DNA of 64,000 nt from an uncultured Bifidobacterium sp. (GCA_964594985.1 CAZQNQ010000005.1:13432-77431), one strand, 5' to 3'; shown: positions 45,322-55,712, counted from the stretch's first letter. The notes: a model not told the origin generated them from the letters alone. Numbers and translations are program-made.

Positions 45322-46315
45322 AGTTTGGATGTATTGAAAGGGGTTGGAATCATCGCCGTGATTTGTCTTCACGCAATTCAGCCCGGGGATATGGCCGCGA
45401 CGTCTCTAGTGTGGCAAGTGTTCAACCAAGTTTGTCGGTTTGCGGTACCCTGCTTTTTTTTGATTGGTGGCTTCTTTTTCATGCACGCATGGCGACAGAC
45501 TTCCGAGCCAGAGAAGCTGATCTGCCATTACGCAGCCCGGTTGATGAAGCCGTTTCTTTTCTGGACACTCTTCTACGCCATCGTTCCACCATTCATTGGT
45601 GGCGCTCCGGATGCGATCAGTCTTAAAATAAGAGAACACCTTGAAGCCTTGATCCGTTATCCACACACATTTTTTTTAACGGGCTTCGTATATCACCTTT
45701 GGTTTCTGAGTTCCCTCCTCCAAGCTGCTGTTGTTGTTTGGGTCTGTTTACGATTCGGCAATCTGCGGATTGCTTTGGTGCTGGGAGCGGTCTGTTACTG
45801 CCTAGCGCTCGCAGGGGGGGGGGTACACGCAAACGATATTTGGATTTTCCACCAGTTTTGACATGAAGACCGGCCCCTTTGTCAGCACGCTCTTTTTTGC
45901 GATTGGCGCATGGCTGGAGAATCGCCGTCCTAATGTTTCGCTCGCGATGGGAGTTCTGTTGTTGGTTTCGGGCCTTCTCACTCATCTTGGCGAGGCCGTA
46001 ATTTTGCATCTTGCCTATGCCCGTCCCATCATGAGTTATAGCTACCTAGCGGGCACGGTCCCGTATTCGGTGGGCATCATGCTGGTGGCCTTGGCTCGCC
46101 CGAACTCAGGTAGCGTGATCGTTGGCATGATCGGGGCTTCGTCACTCGGTATTTTTGTGTTTCATCCCTATGTCATCGAAGTGCTTTTGCGCCTGCCAAT
46201 CAGCCACAATTTTGTCAATTACCCGTTCTTTTTTTCTGGGTTGGTTTTAGCAATTACTTTCGCCGGCATCTTTCTTTTGGGGAAAATCCCCGGATTGCGA
46301 CTTTTAATAAAATGA
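45307..46315 (+). pseudogene. acyltransferase family 3 (OafA-like O-acyltransferase), split by a frameshift at a G10 tract
   Basis: ORFs 45307-45861 and 45863-46315 together look like one multi-TM acyltransferase_3 (LDVLKGVGIIAVICLH, FAVPCFFLIGGFF). Removing one G gives a continuous ~335-aa ORF. Confidence 0.75.
45814..45823 (+). repeat. homopolymeric G10 tract
   Basis: gca GGGGGGGGGG tacacg lies inside the acyltransferase ORF. Confidence 0.9.
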
Positions 46316-46338
46316 AAGCGATGCCAACGACCGGCCAA

Positions 46339-46448
46339 AATTGGCGTGTTGTCTTCCTGGAAATCTGCCAAATAAACGGTGTGGTTAACTTAATTTAAAT
46401 TGGCGGATAGGCTGATGCCGTTGCTCCGAACGTATGTCCCGCTTCAAA
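46339..46448 (+). repeat. ~105-bp direct repeat, copy B (leader plus first 5 codons of the flippase)
   Basis: See copy A. The two proteins start MSRIK and MSRFK. Confidence 0.8.
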
Positions 46449-48365
46449 CACTTCGCCCATTCTTTGATCTCCGGCTATGTGCTGCTCGGAACCAACATGC
46501 TTTACACGCTAGCCTCGATCCCGCTGGCATTGCGCTATTTGAGCAACGCAGAGTTTGGGTTGTGGGCACTGGTCACATCCGTAGCGGGCTATGTCGCACT
46601 GGTGGATTTCGGCTTGAGTGCGTCGGCGTCGCGCGTGTTGATTGATCACAAAGATCGGCGGACTTCTGGTCATTACGGCAGCATGGTACAAACCGGGGCA
46701 CTAGTGGGATTGACTCAGGGCACGCTGGTAATGCTGGTTGGAGTCGTTGTAGCGCTATTTATCGGGCCGGTGCTCAAGGTGGATGAAGCGCTTCAAGCCG
46801 AATTCACCTGGCTCATGATCGGGCAATGTATCCTCGTCGGCGTCGGTTTCTTTATCCGTATCTTCACGCACATACTAACGGCACATCAGCGTTATGACAT
46901 CAGCAACTATACGCAGTCTGTTTTGTTCGTAACGTCCTTTTTGGTGATGTGGATTTGCTTCAAGCACGGCATAGGCATCAAGAGTGTGCTTTGGGCGCAG
47001 GCATCTGGCACGTTTGTGGTTGTGGCGGTAAATCTCTACGCATGCGCGAAGTTGAAATTCCTACCCGAGCGCAACGAATGGGGGCGGCCCAGTTGGGGCG
47101 CGTTTAAAGAGCTATTCGCTTTTGGATGGAATTTTTTCCTGTTTGCATTGGGCAATCAGTTGATCAATGCCAGCCAGTTGCTGGTACTCACGCGGTTTTA
47201 CGGCTTGGAAGCAGCAGCAGCGTGGGGCATTTGCACGCGGGTGTATCTGGTGCTGTCACTGGTCATCTACCGCCTTTTCGATTACTCAAGCGCTGCGCTG
47301 GCGGAAATGATGGTGCGCGGAGAGAAAGCTCTTTTGCAGCGGCGGTTCCGCGAAATCGTCGTATTCTCGAGCAGTTTGAGTGTTGCTGCGGCTACGATGC
47401 TGGCTCTGTGCAATTCACCATTTGTCAGCGTGTGGACTTCGGGACGCATCAACTCTTTGAAATTCTACCCGTCGGATATCAAAGACCCAGCGCTGTTCGA
47501 AAGAGAGCTGTCGGCACAGGCCGATCCGCTTTCACAGTTCCTCTGGATGAACTTTTCCAAAAAAGCACAGGGGGATATGGAAGCATTGCGTTCCACCAAA
47601 GAAGGCCAGAATCAACTCAAGGAACTTTTGGCCAGCGAACTGAATCTAATCGCAAATGGCGAATCGATTTATACCCGGGAACGGTTTGCACGAACCGAAC
47701 TCTCAAAAGAATGCGAGTCTTTCGTTGTTGTCGGGGTCTCGGGAGCAGAACACTTGCGATTGAATCGTTATTTGCTGGAAGACGCGTTTCCAAAGGAACT
47801 GGCGAACAGTCGCAAGGCACATTGGTCGCCATTCAATGACGTATTGCTGGGCCTCTGGCTTATCGTGTGCGTGGCAACCAACTCTCATACCGGACTGGTG
47901 GGACAGACGAAAAATTTCGGTTTTTTGCGCTTTATCGGGTTTATTGAAGGCACAGTGTTTATTGGCTTAACCTTGCTGCTGATTCGATTCGGTGGCATGA
48001 CAATGATGCTTACATTGTCCATCGTATGCTGCCTGTTGTTCCGGCTGCCCTACGGGTGGTATCGGACGCATGAATACTTTACAATCTCGCGTTCAGAACT
48101 GGTGGGCTGGCATCGCACGATTCCGCAAATGTTCGTGTGGTTGGCTCCTGCCGCGATATTGGTATGGTGGTTCACGCAAAATCTGACGGGTATTGTGAGG
48201 CTCTGTACTATCTGTGCCACAATGGGGATATGGTCGGGCTTTGTTTTCCTGCGAATCGGATTGTCACCAGCGATACAATCCGAAATCTTTAAACGCGCAC
48301 CCCAAAGACTAAAGGGGGTTTTAGGTATGCTGGGATTTGACAAAACTCAGGGCGGAAGGACATAG
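46434..48365 (+). CDS. polysaccharide flippase (Wzx/PST-family) with a large hydrophilic insertion
   Basis: The N-terminus LASIPLALRYLSNAEFGLWALVTSVAGYVALVDFGLS is typical of the PST family, with ~12 or more TM helices. A ~125-aa hydrophilic insert spans residues ~337-463. Confidence 0.7.
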   Translation: MSRFKHFAHSLISGYVLLGTNMLYTLASIPLALRYLSNAEFGLWALVTSVAGYVALVDFGLSASASRVLIDHKDRRTSGHYGSMVQTGALVGLTQGTLVMLVGVVVALFIGPVLKVDEALQAEFTWLMIGQCILVGVGFFIRIFTHILTAHQRYDISNYTQSVLFVTSFLVMWICFKHGIGIKSVLWAQASGTFVVVAVNLYACAKLKFLPERNEWGRPSWGAFKELFAFGWNFFLFALGNQLINASQLLVLTRFYGLEAAAAWGICTRVYLVLSLVIYRLFDYSSAALAEMMVRGEKALLQRRFREIVVFSSSLSVAAATMLALCNSPFVSVWTSGRINSLKFYPSDIKDPALFERELSAQADPLSQFLWMNFSKKAQGDMEALRSTKEGQNQLKELLASELNLIANGESIYTRERFARTELSKECESFVVVGVSGAEHLRLNRYLLEDAFPKELANSRKAHWSPFNDVLLGLWLIVCVATNSHTGLVGQTKNFGFLRFIGFIEGTVFIGLTLLLIRFGGMTMMLTLSIVCCLLFRLPYGWYRTHEYFTISRSELVGWHRTIPQMFVWLAPAAILVWWFTQNLTGIVRLCTICATMGIWSGFVFLRIGLSPAIQSEIFKRAPQRLKGVLGMLGFDKTQGGRT

Positions 48366-48460
48366 AGCGCTTGTAAAAGCTGCTTGTGGATTGATGGTGG
48401 AGTTTCTAATGTCGAGTCTTGCCGAAGCGGTTTTGCCCGGCCACATGATTGTAATTTGAA

Positions 48461-49225
48461 ATGATACGCAAAGCACTTGGAAAGCTTCGACGTCGTCTTA
48501 ATCAGGAGAGCGTTCACCGCAAACGTCAACGTGGTGAGGTGCAACCCTTGGACTGGCAGACCGGGCTATTGGATGAGAATGATTTTTGGGTCCGTGCACT
48601 GACGGATCCCGAACGCAATTGGAATATCAATGAGTATCGTGAAAGAACTAATCCTGATTTTGAATTGCAGCTTGAATTGCGGGCGTTAATTCCGGTCACT
48701 GAAGGTGACTCCGTGAGAATCCTTGATGTTGGCGCAGGGCCATTGACGCGCATCGGGAAAAAGTGGCCGGGCCACCACCTCGAAATCATCGCCACCGATC
48801 CTCTTGCGGAGAAATACAATGCGCTTATGGAACAGTTGCATATTCCGTTGCTCGTGCCCGTGACCTTCGCCCATGCCGAAAAATTGACCGAGCAATTTCC
48901 TAAAGACCATTTCGACCTCGCTTACGCAAGCAACTGTTTAGATCACAGTTACAATCCTATCCTGGCCATTCAACAGATGGTTGAAACGGTCAAGCCTGGC
49001 CACTGCGTTTATCTCTGGCACTTTGCCAACGAAGGGAAGAAGGAGTGTTACAATGGATTACATCAATGGAACTTTGATTCGGAGGGCAATCGTTTTTTGG
49101 TAAGCGATGGACGAGTGACACATTCGCTGAGCGATAAATTGAGCGGAGTTGCTGAAATCACCTGTGCAAAAACCGAGGCTTTCAACAACGACGTGGTGAT
49201 CGCTACGATTAGGAAAAAATCCTGA
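48461..49225 (+). CDS. class I SAM-dependent methyltransferase
   Basis: Motif I is ILDVGAGPLTRIG, and an acidic residue ends the beta-2 strand (IIATDP). Confidence 0.75.
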   Translation: MIRKALGKLRRRLNQESVHRKRQRGEVQPLDWQTGLLDENDFWVRALTDPERNWNINEYRERTNPDFELQLELRALIPVTEGDSVRILDVGAGPLTRIGKKWPGHHLEIIATDPLAEKYNALMEQLHIPLLVPVTFAHAEKLTEQFPKDHFDLAYASNCLDHSYNPILAIQQMVETVKPGHCVYLWHFANEGKKECYNGLHQWNFDSEGNRFLVSDGRVTHSLSDKLSGVAEITCAKTEAFNNDVVIATIRKKS

Positions 49226-49248
49226 TTGTTTAAACCGTTGCGGTCACT

Positions 49249-50007
49249 ATGACTTCTATTTCCAAACTCCTACGGTTGTTTGGGCGCACGCTCAAAATAG
49301 CTGCAACCAATCCTACACGCCTCTCCCACGTTTTTGGTTCCGCCTTGCAAGCTTGCGATGAGGTGGCGGATCGGTCCCTGGACCTGCAGCGGTTCAATTA
49401 TGTCGCCCCGGAATCGCTCCTGCCAAAACTGGGCGAACCAGGCCGGATGCAGCTGGCCATTTTTCCGCAAAGCCACGCTTCCGTTTCCATCCTCGAATTC
49501 AACTGCCTGATCCTGCTCCTGCGACAAGCCAACGCCCGAAACGTTTTTGAATTCGGCACGTTCAAGGGAATTTCCATCTCGCAACTCGCGTTAAACATGC
49601 CGGTCGGTGGCCGCATTTGTACTCTGGATCTACCGGATGAATCCCTGCAAACGAAGATGGCGATCGCCGACGCGGAAGATGCCCTCATTGCCGGGGAAAG
49701 CGGCAAAGGCTCGCTCATCCCGGCCGAGCTGCGCCCCCGCATCACATTCATCCAGCAGGACTCGGCGACATTTGATGAATCGATTTATGCCGGAGAGATG
49801 GACTTTGTTTTTGTGGACGGCGCCCACAACTATGAATACGTGAAGAACGACTCTGAGAAGGGCTGGCGCATGCTTCGCTCTGGCGGCATCATCGCCTGGC
49901 ATGATTGCCGGATTCAAGACCCGGGCGTTGTGCGCTATCTGTTGGAGAGTTCGTACCAGCCAAAACTCATCGGCGGGACGACTGTGGCGTTTGCCAGCAA
50001 GCCTTAA
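49249..50007 (+). CDS. class I SAM-dependent methyltransferase (Methyltransf_24-like)
   Basis: VFEFGTFKGISISQLA, FVFVDGAHNYEYV and GGIIAWHD. Confidence 0.75.
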   Translation: MTSISKLLRLFGRTLKIAATNPTRLSHVFGSALQACDEVADRSLDLQRFNYVAPESLLPKLGEPGRMQLAIFPQSHASVSILEFNCLILLLRQANARNVFEFGTFKGISISQLALNMPVGGRICTLDLPDESLQTKMAIADAEDALIAGESGKGSLIPAELRPRITFIQQDSATFDESIYAGEMDFVFVDGAHNYEYVKNDSEKGWRMLRSGGIIAWHDCRIQDPGVVRYLLESSYQPKLIGGTTVAFASKP

Positions 50008-50020
50008 CGTGGCGCATTCG

Positions 50021-51199
50021 ATGAGAATCCTCATCGTCAGTTTCAACTTCCCGCCCCAAGTAGGCGGTGTCGCCGAAGTAGCACGGACCCAGGCGCTCGG
50101 CTTCCAACAACGCGGCCACGAGGTAAGCGTGGTTACTGGCCGGGATGAACGCCGCCGGGCTTCCACCCTTCTACCAGGCATTCCTATCCAGGAATTCGAG
50201 GTGCGCGGCTCGCATCTGGCGGGCGCGGGTTATCACGGTGAAATCGCAGCGTTCCAGGAATTCATCGCCAACCACCCGGCAGATTTGATCTTGTTTCATT
50301 GCTGGCAAAATTGGGCGGTCGATGTCGCCATTCCGGCCTTGGCTCGCACCCGCGCCCGCAAAGTCATGCTCAGCCACGGTTATGATGCGCAAATGTGGAA
50401 GCCCCGCGCCAAATTTCCCTGGGGCTTGGGCGTCTGGTTGCGCGCACTGCCTTACGTCACAAAATTGCCGCGGATGATGCGCGCGTTTGATCGCATCGTT
50501 TTCCTTAGTGAAAAACGGGATCTGGGCCGGTTCTTCGACGCAAGGTTAGCGCGGCACTTTTGCCCAGACCGGGTAGCAGTCATCCCCAACGGAGTGCACC
50601 GGGCAGAATTCTCCCGGCCACGCGCTGACTTCCGCCACCAGTTTGGGATCACCTCCCGGTTCATGTTGCTGCACGTGGCAAATTACGATGGCCGGAAAAA
50701 TCAGATCGGCACTTTGCGCGATTTCATGGCGGCCAACCGGGCGGATGCCACCCTGGTTTTTATCGGGGGTGAATTCAACGACTATCAGCAGCAAATGGTG
50801 CGGACCCAACAAGCCTTGCAGTCCCGTTATCCAAAGGCCCGCATCTTGGTTTTGGAAAAAATCCCCAAGGACACGATTTATGCCGCCTATCAAGCCGCCG
50901 ACATTTTTTTACTAGGCGCCAAGCATGAAACCCAACCCCTGGCCCTCCTTGATGCCATGGCCGCAGGCGTACCTTTCATATCCACTGACGCTGGCTGCGT
51001 GCGCGAATTTCCCGGGGGCCTGATCCGCCGGACGGGAGCGGAAACGACAGCAGCCATCGAAGAACTATTGCAAAACGACGCGTTGCGAAAGCAGTTGGGC
51101 GCCGCCGGACGCAAAGCCTGTGAACAAAAATATGACTGGGATCGGGTGCTGGAAGCCTACGAACAATTGTTTGCCACCCTGATTCCCCGAAAACCTTGA
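50021..51199 (+). CDS. glycosyltransferase family 4 (GT-B)
   Basis: ATG 50021 gives MRILIVSFNFPPQVGGVAEV. The C-terminal region is ETQPLALLDAMAAGVPFISTDAG. Confidence 0.8.
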   Translation: MRILIVSFNFPPQVGGVAEVARTQALGFQQRGHEVSVVTGRDERRRASTLLPGIPIQEFEVRGSHLAGAGYHGEIAAFQEFIANHPADLILFHCWQNWAVDVAIPALARTRARKVMLSHGYDAQMWKPRAKFPWGLGVWLRALPYVTKLPRMMRAFDRIVFLSEKRDLGRFFDARLARHFCPDRVAVIPNGVHRAEFSRPRADFRHQFGITSRFMLLHVANYDGRKNQIGTLRDFMAANRADATLVFIGGEFNDYQQQMVRTQQALQSRYPKARILVLEKIPKDTIYAAYQAADIFLLGAKHETQPLALLDAMAAGVPFISTDAGCVREFPGGLIRRTGAETTAAIEELLQNDALRKQLGAAGRKACEQKYDWDRVLEAYEQLFATLIPRKP

Positions 51200-51202
51200 T
51201 GG

Positions 51203-51919
51203 TCACTTGACCAGGCGTGCCCACAGGTGCGGACTTAGGAATTGAATCTTTTCGCGGGTCGCGAAACGCACCAACGTTCGTAAGATGGCCGCACTGGCCA
51301 GCGCCAAGGGAACCTTTATCCAGCGGGCATCCCGCAACACCGTCGCGCCTTCATCCTGGAATTCAGTGCGGGAATAGGCATGCATCTGCGCCAGTGAATT
51401 CAGGCAATTTGGAGTGTAAGTCCAGACATGGGTGATGTCATTGAACAGGTTCATCCCTACAAAAGGCGAATCGCCATTGGGCAGACGCAAAATCAAACTA
51501 CCGCCCGGAGCGAGCGCCCCGTGCACGGCCTGCAACAGTTCCATGAAACCGTCCTTGGTCAGATGCTCGACGAGATCAATCCCGACCAGGGTCGCGAAAT
51601 GATTGCGCGGCTGCCGTTGCAGCCAAGTGTTGACATCATCCTGATCCACCGTCGCCCCGACTTGACGGGCTAATTGAACCTGTTCCGGGCTCGAGTCCAC
51701 CGCGCGTAACTCACGATAGCCGCTGGTCTGCAACCAGGCGAGAAAACTACCATGACCACAGGCCAGCTCCCCGATGGGCCGCGTGGGATCGGACGACAAC
51801 CACGGACGCACCACGCGTTCATAAACATAGGCCTTATCCCGGGCGCAACGCTGCACATCTGCTAACGAGTGGATGCCCCGGGCCTCGGCTTGAAACTTGT
51901 AATAGTCCAAATGATTCAT
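51203..51919 (-). CDS. class I SAM-dependent methyltransferase
   Basis: Motif I is IGELACGHGSFLAWL. LVGIDLVEHL and APGGSLILRLPN are also present. Confidence 0.75.
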   Translation of the reverse strand: MNHLDYYKFQAEARGIHSLADVQRCARDKAYVYERVVRPWLSSDPTRPIGELACGHGSFLAWLQTSGYRELRAVDSSPEQVQLARQVGATVDQDDVNTWLQRQPRNHFATLVGIDLVEHLTKDGFMELLQAVHGALAPGGSLILRLPNGDSPFVGMNLFNDITHVWTYTPNCLNSLAQMHAYSRTEFQDEGATVLRDARWIKVPLALASAAILRTLVRFATREKIQFLSPHLWARLVK

Positions 51920-52022
51920 AGTGCAACAATCAACCGCCCGAAAGCGGGCTCAACGTCGGGCCAATGGACAATAAATGCGGGACTGGGTAAAGCGGAATGT
52001 CCCTGCGTTGGATTCCGGCCGG

Positions 52023-53228
52023 TCAGACTTTGAATCCGACTTCGCGAAAGATCCGGCGAAAGCGTAATTCCCAAGTATGTTCGCCCAAGCAGCGGCGCCA
52101 GGCCGCTTGCGCAATTTTCAAGCACGCTTCCGGCCGGCCTTGGTAATAAGAATAGATCTCAATCAGCTCCTCGATGGACCGATAGCAGAGGATCTCCTTG
52201 CCGAGCTCGTAGTGCTGCGGCAATTCCCAATTAAACGTCGTCACATAACAAGCCCCGGCACCGGGGCATTCGAAATCCCGATTCTTGACCGTGGTCAACT
52301 TATCCGAGGGCGAAGCCAGACCGATCCCGAGATTCAACTGGGTGGCGCGGAAGATGGCATTGGGATCGTCCACCCAACGCGAATCGGGCCAGCCCTTGCC
52401 AAATAATTCAATCGGCACACGGGCTTGCCGAAGCCGGGTAATTACGATTTCGCGTTCGGGTTTGATCGAGCCGAGAAAGCCAAATTTGTATTCGAACTTG
52501 CCGGCAACCGGCTCGGCCGTTCCGGCTGACCGACGAAATCCAGGCGGTGAATAAATCACCGGCAATCCTTGCGCCCGATACCAATCTGTGGCCGGGAGAC
52601 AGTTGGTGAGATTCAAATCAAATTTTCGGGCCCAGTGTTGATAATTGTCATCTTGCAGTGAAAAGATCCCGTATTGAAAAAACTGGAGCTTGTCATCCAG
52701 ATTCATCCCCAATAACGGACATTTCCAAGTCGTCCGGATGATCTGAAACACCTCCTCTGAAAGCAGGAGCGGGCGCACATAGAACAGGATGACATCAGGC
52801 GCGTAGTCCGGATGGCGCCGCACAAAATCACGCACCGTGGCCGTCACCACCTCAGATTGCAGCACCTGAGGCTGGCGCTTCAGATCCGGGCGCAAGTCGA
52901 GCAACCGGGTTTCAGCGATGCGGGAAAATTCCGGCACCAGATCGTTTTGTTCCCACATGCAGTCGGCAATCAACAAGATGCGCTGCAACGTCCCGGCTGG
53001 AGCCGTTATGGAGGGCACCCAGGCAGGCGGGGTGGGGCGGGTAAAGGATCTGGCCAACTGCTGGCAATAGGCCGTTTCCCAGCAGCGACTGCGGCGGGCC
53101 AACCAGAGACGCAAAAGCGGGCCGCGCAACACCAGTCGGGCCAATCGGGAACGCCCCGCACCAAATAATTTCATCGCCTCATGGTAATAAGATCTGCCAA
53201 AAGGTGCAAAGGTGAACGCAGGCAGCAT
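52023..53228 (-). CDS. CgeB-family glycosyltransferase-like protein
   Basis: The C-terminal module is KNRDFECPGAGACYVTT...EILCYRSIEELIE...HTWELRFRRIF. The start is uncertain (ATG 53228 or the internal MKLFG). Confidence 0.6.
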   Translation of the reverse strand: MLPAFTFAPFGRSYYHEAMKLFGAGRSRLARLVLRGPLLRLWLARRSRCWETAYCQQLARSFTRPTPPAWVPSITAPAGTLQRILLIADCMWEQNDLVPEFSRIAETRLLDLRPDLKRQPQVLQSEVVTATVRDFVRRHPDYAPDVILFYVRPLLLSEEVFQIIRTTWKCPLLGMNLDDKLQFFQYGIFSLQDDNYQHWARKFDLNLTNCLPATDWYRAQGLPVIYSPPGFRRSAGTAEPVAGKFEYKFGFLGSIKPEREIVITRLRQARVPIELFGKGWPDSRWVDDPNAIFRATQLNLGIGLASPSDKLTTVKNRDFECPGAGACYVTTFNWELPQHYELGKEILCYRSIEELIEIYSYYQGRPEACLKIAQAAWRRCLGEHTWELRFRRIFREVGFKV

Positions 53229-53241
53229 GAAGAGGTTCTGA

Positions 53242-54402
53242 TTGCCTCACTTTATCCGGGTCTTTATTTTGCCAGCCTTGAAACTGGTTTTACTGTTCAT
53301 CATATGCGGGCTGCGGGCTTGGCCAGCTCCCGCCCAGTCACAACATCATACCGCCACCAATTTATGGCAGGCTAAGATCGGTTTTTTCAACCGTTCCTCG
53401 CCAGCGATGGATGCCAACGGGATCATTTATGTCCCGTCCTTTGACGGCCATCTGCTGGCCATCAATCCCGATGGCAGTCGGCGTTGGGCTTTTCGGGTTG
53501 GATTTGAATCCATCGCCACGCCTGCGATTGGAACCGAGGGAACAATTTACTTCGGCAGTCGAAATCGCCGGTTCTACGCCATCAGCCCGACCGGGCAAAA
53601 AAACTGGGAATTCAAAACCGGCGGTTGGGTGGACGCATCGGCAGCCATTGCCAGCGATGGCGCATTGCTGTTCGGCTCCTGGGACAAGCATTTCTATGCA
53701 TTGGACAAAGCGGGCCGGCCGAAATGGAAATTTCGCACTGGCGGGCCCATTACTTCTTCCGCTGCCATTGACACCAGCGGCATCATCTATTTCGGTTCCC
53801 ATGACCGGAATTTCTATGCTTTGAATCCTGACGGCTCCCGACGTTGGACGGTTTCGACGGGCGGCGCAATCCTGGCCTCACCAGCCATCGCTGCGGACGG
53901 CACCATCTATTTTTCTTCTACGGATGGCACACTTCGCGCCCTGAACACGGACGGTCAACAAAAGTGGCGACTTCACACCGGCAGTATCAGCCAGTCTTCT
54001 CCGGTGCTCGGAACGGAAGGGACCATATTTATCGCCGCCAATACCAACTGCTACGCAGTCAATCCCGATGGCTCGGTTCTTTGGCAATGGCCGATCTGGA
54101 ACAAGGAGTATGACGAGCCTTATACGCAGGCAAGCTGGACCGCTTTAGATAATGGCAACGTCCTGGCGCTGTTTAGCAGCGGACTATTGGTGGAACTGAC
54201 AGGCAAGGATTGGATTTGGGATTACCCGTTTCGTGCCACAAGCCATTCTTCACCATTGATCAACAGTAAAGGAATCATTTACGCGATGAGTTTGGGGGAC
54301 CAATTAGCCGCCATCCAAGGCAGCAGCCCGGTCGCAAAAAGTTCGTGGCCGATGTTCCGCGGCAACGCCCAACGGACGGGACGCGTGGCGGCAACCTATT
54401 GA
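53242..54402 (+). CDS. secreted PQQ-like beta-propeller repeat protein
   Basis: A TTG start gives a signal peptide. There are ~7 repeats of the type G.IYFGS.D..(F)YAL.PDGS.(K)W.F.TGG.I.SSPA. Confidence 0.7.
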   Translation: MPHFIRVFILPALKLVLLFIICGLRAWPAPAQSQHHTATNLWQAKIGFFNRSSPAMDANGIIYVPSFDGHLLAINPDGSRRWAFRVGFESIATPAIGTEGTIYFGSRNRRFYAISPTGQKNWEFKTGGWVDASAAIASDGALLFGSWDKHFYALDKAGRPKWKFRTGGPITSSAAIDTSGIIYFGSHDRNFYALNPDGSRRWTVSTGGAILASPAIAADGTIYFSSTDGTLRALNTDGQQKWRLHTGSISQSSPVLGTEGTIFIAANTNCYAVNPDGSVLWQWPIWNKEYDEPYTQASWTALDNGNVLALFSSGLLVELTGKDWIWDYPFRATSHSSPLINSKGIIYAMSLGDQLAAIQGSSPVAKSSWPMFRGNAQRTGRVAATY

Positions 54403-55581
54403 TCAGTGTCGCACTTCAAGCGCCGCTTCATACGCCGCTCGAAATTTCTTCGCCATCAACGCGGGAGAAAGATAATCGCGCTCCTGACGCAAGGTTCCGG
54501 GATCCACTTCCCCGCGACTGAACAACGGGTGCGAGCTGGCCGTGCGAACCGCCTGGATGAAGGCTTCCAAGTCACCGACCGGAAACAGCAGCCCGTTCTT
54601 ACCGGACACCACATAATCCGGGATGCCCCCGACCTCCGCCGCCACCACCGGCAGCCCGGCCACCACCGCTTCCTTGACCGCGTTCGGGCTGGTATCGGCC
54701 CGGGTCGGCATCAACAAAATCGTGGCCGTCTCAAGTTCCCGTGCCACTTCAGGCGGTAATAAATGGAATTTGAATTCGATGCGCTGCCAGGTGGCCGGCG
54801 AAACCTGTTGTTGCAATGCGGCCACATAACCGGCGTTCGGATTGGTGATGAACGTCATGGTGTAATCCAGTTCAGGTCGGAGCCGTTCCAGCGCGGCGAG
54901 GATCAAATCCGTGCCTTTACGATGCCCAATCCCGCCCACGGCAATAAAGCGCAACGGCCTGGTTTGCGGACGACGTTGCAATTGATGAAACGCCTGATTC
55001 GGTGCGTGTTCAGCTTGATGGATCTGGAGGGTCGGATAAAGATCGCGCAGAAACCTGACTGCAAAGGTGGATTCCGTGGTCACCACCCGCGCGCGCTTCA
55101 GACTCAAACGTTCGACGATCTCCACGAAGCAATCATACGGCGGTAATTTCATCCGCAGCTTATACCAAGCAAACAAGCCCTGGATCGTTATCACGTAAGG
55201 ATAACGCAGCCGCGCGGCGATCAACGACGCCCCCTTTTCACTGCCCCACGCATGCACCAGATCGGGCTGGATGCTCTGACAGGCCCGCCGGATTTTCCAG
55301 GTATCAAGCCAGAAGAATGAGGCGAGCCGCAGCTTGGGATTCGCCTTGAGCACATGAAACGTGACGCCGTTCTGCTCGAACGTCAGGTCCTGCTCGATCC
55401 GGCCGCGCAACAGGAGGACATGCACCCGCAATCCCGGATCCTTTTGAAATTCGGCCAGCAATACCATCGCCCACGTGGCCGGATGACGTCGCGGCAGATG
55501 CCGTAACGCCGCCGGGAGATCCGGCAGCCATTCGATCGGAAAATCCGAGACCCAGGCGACGGTTAACGGTTTGGTGGCCAC
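54403..55581 (-). CDS. glycosyltransferase family 4 (GT-B)
   Basis: FIAVGGIGHRKGTDLIL and LLMPTRADTSPNAVKEAVVAGLPVVAAEVGGIPDYV. Confidence 0.8.
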   Translation of the reverse strand: MATKPLTVAWVSDFPIEWLPDLPAALRHLPRRHPATWAMVLLAEFQKDPGLRVHVLLLRGRIEQDLTFEQNGVTFHVLKANPKLRLASFFWLDTWKIRRACQSIQPDLVHAWGSEKGASLIAARLRYPYVITIQGLFAWYKLRMKLPPYDCFVEIVERLSLKRARVVTTESTFAVRFLRDLYPTLQIHQAEHAPNQAFHQLQRRPQTRPLRFIAVGGIGHRKGTDLILAALERLRPELDYTMTFITNPNAGYVAALQQQVSPATWQRIEFKFHLLPPEVARELETATILLMPTRADTSPNAVKEAVVAGLPVVAAEVGGIPDYVVSGKNGLLFPVGDLEAFIQAVRTASSHPLFSRGEVDPGTLRQERDYLSPALMAKKFRAAYEAALEVRH

Positions 55582-55712
55582 AACTTTTGCAGATTCACGA
55601 TGTCACGAGCGCGAGCAAAATGCGGAGCAGGCGGCGGCCAGTAAAGAAAAATGCCGGGGGCCAGATGTGTTTCACATGGACGGTTGGCGGGGGAATTTAT
55701 ATTTTCGCCCGC

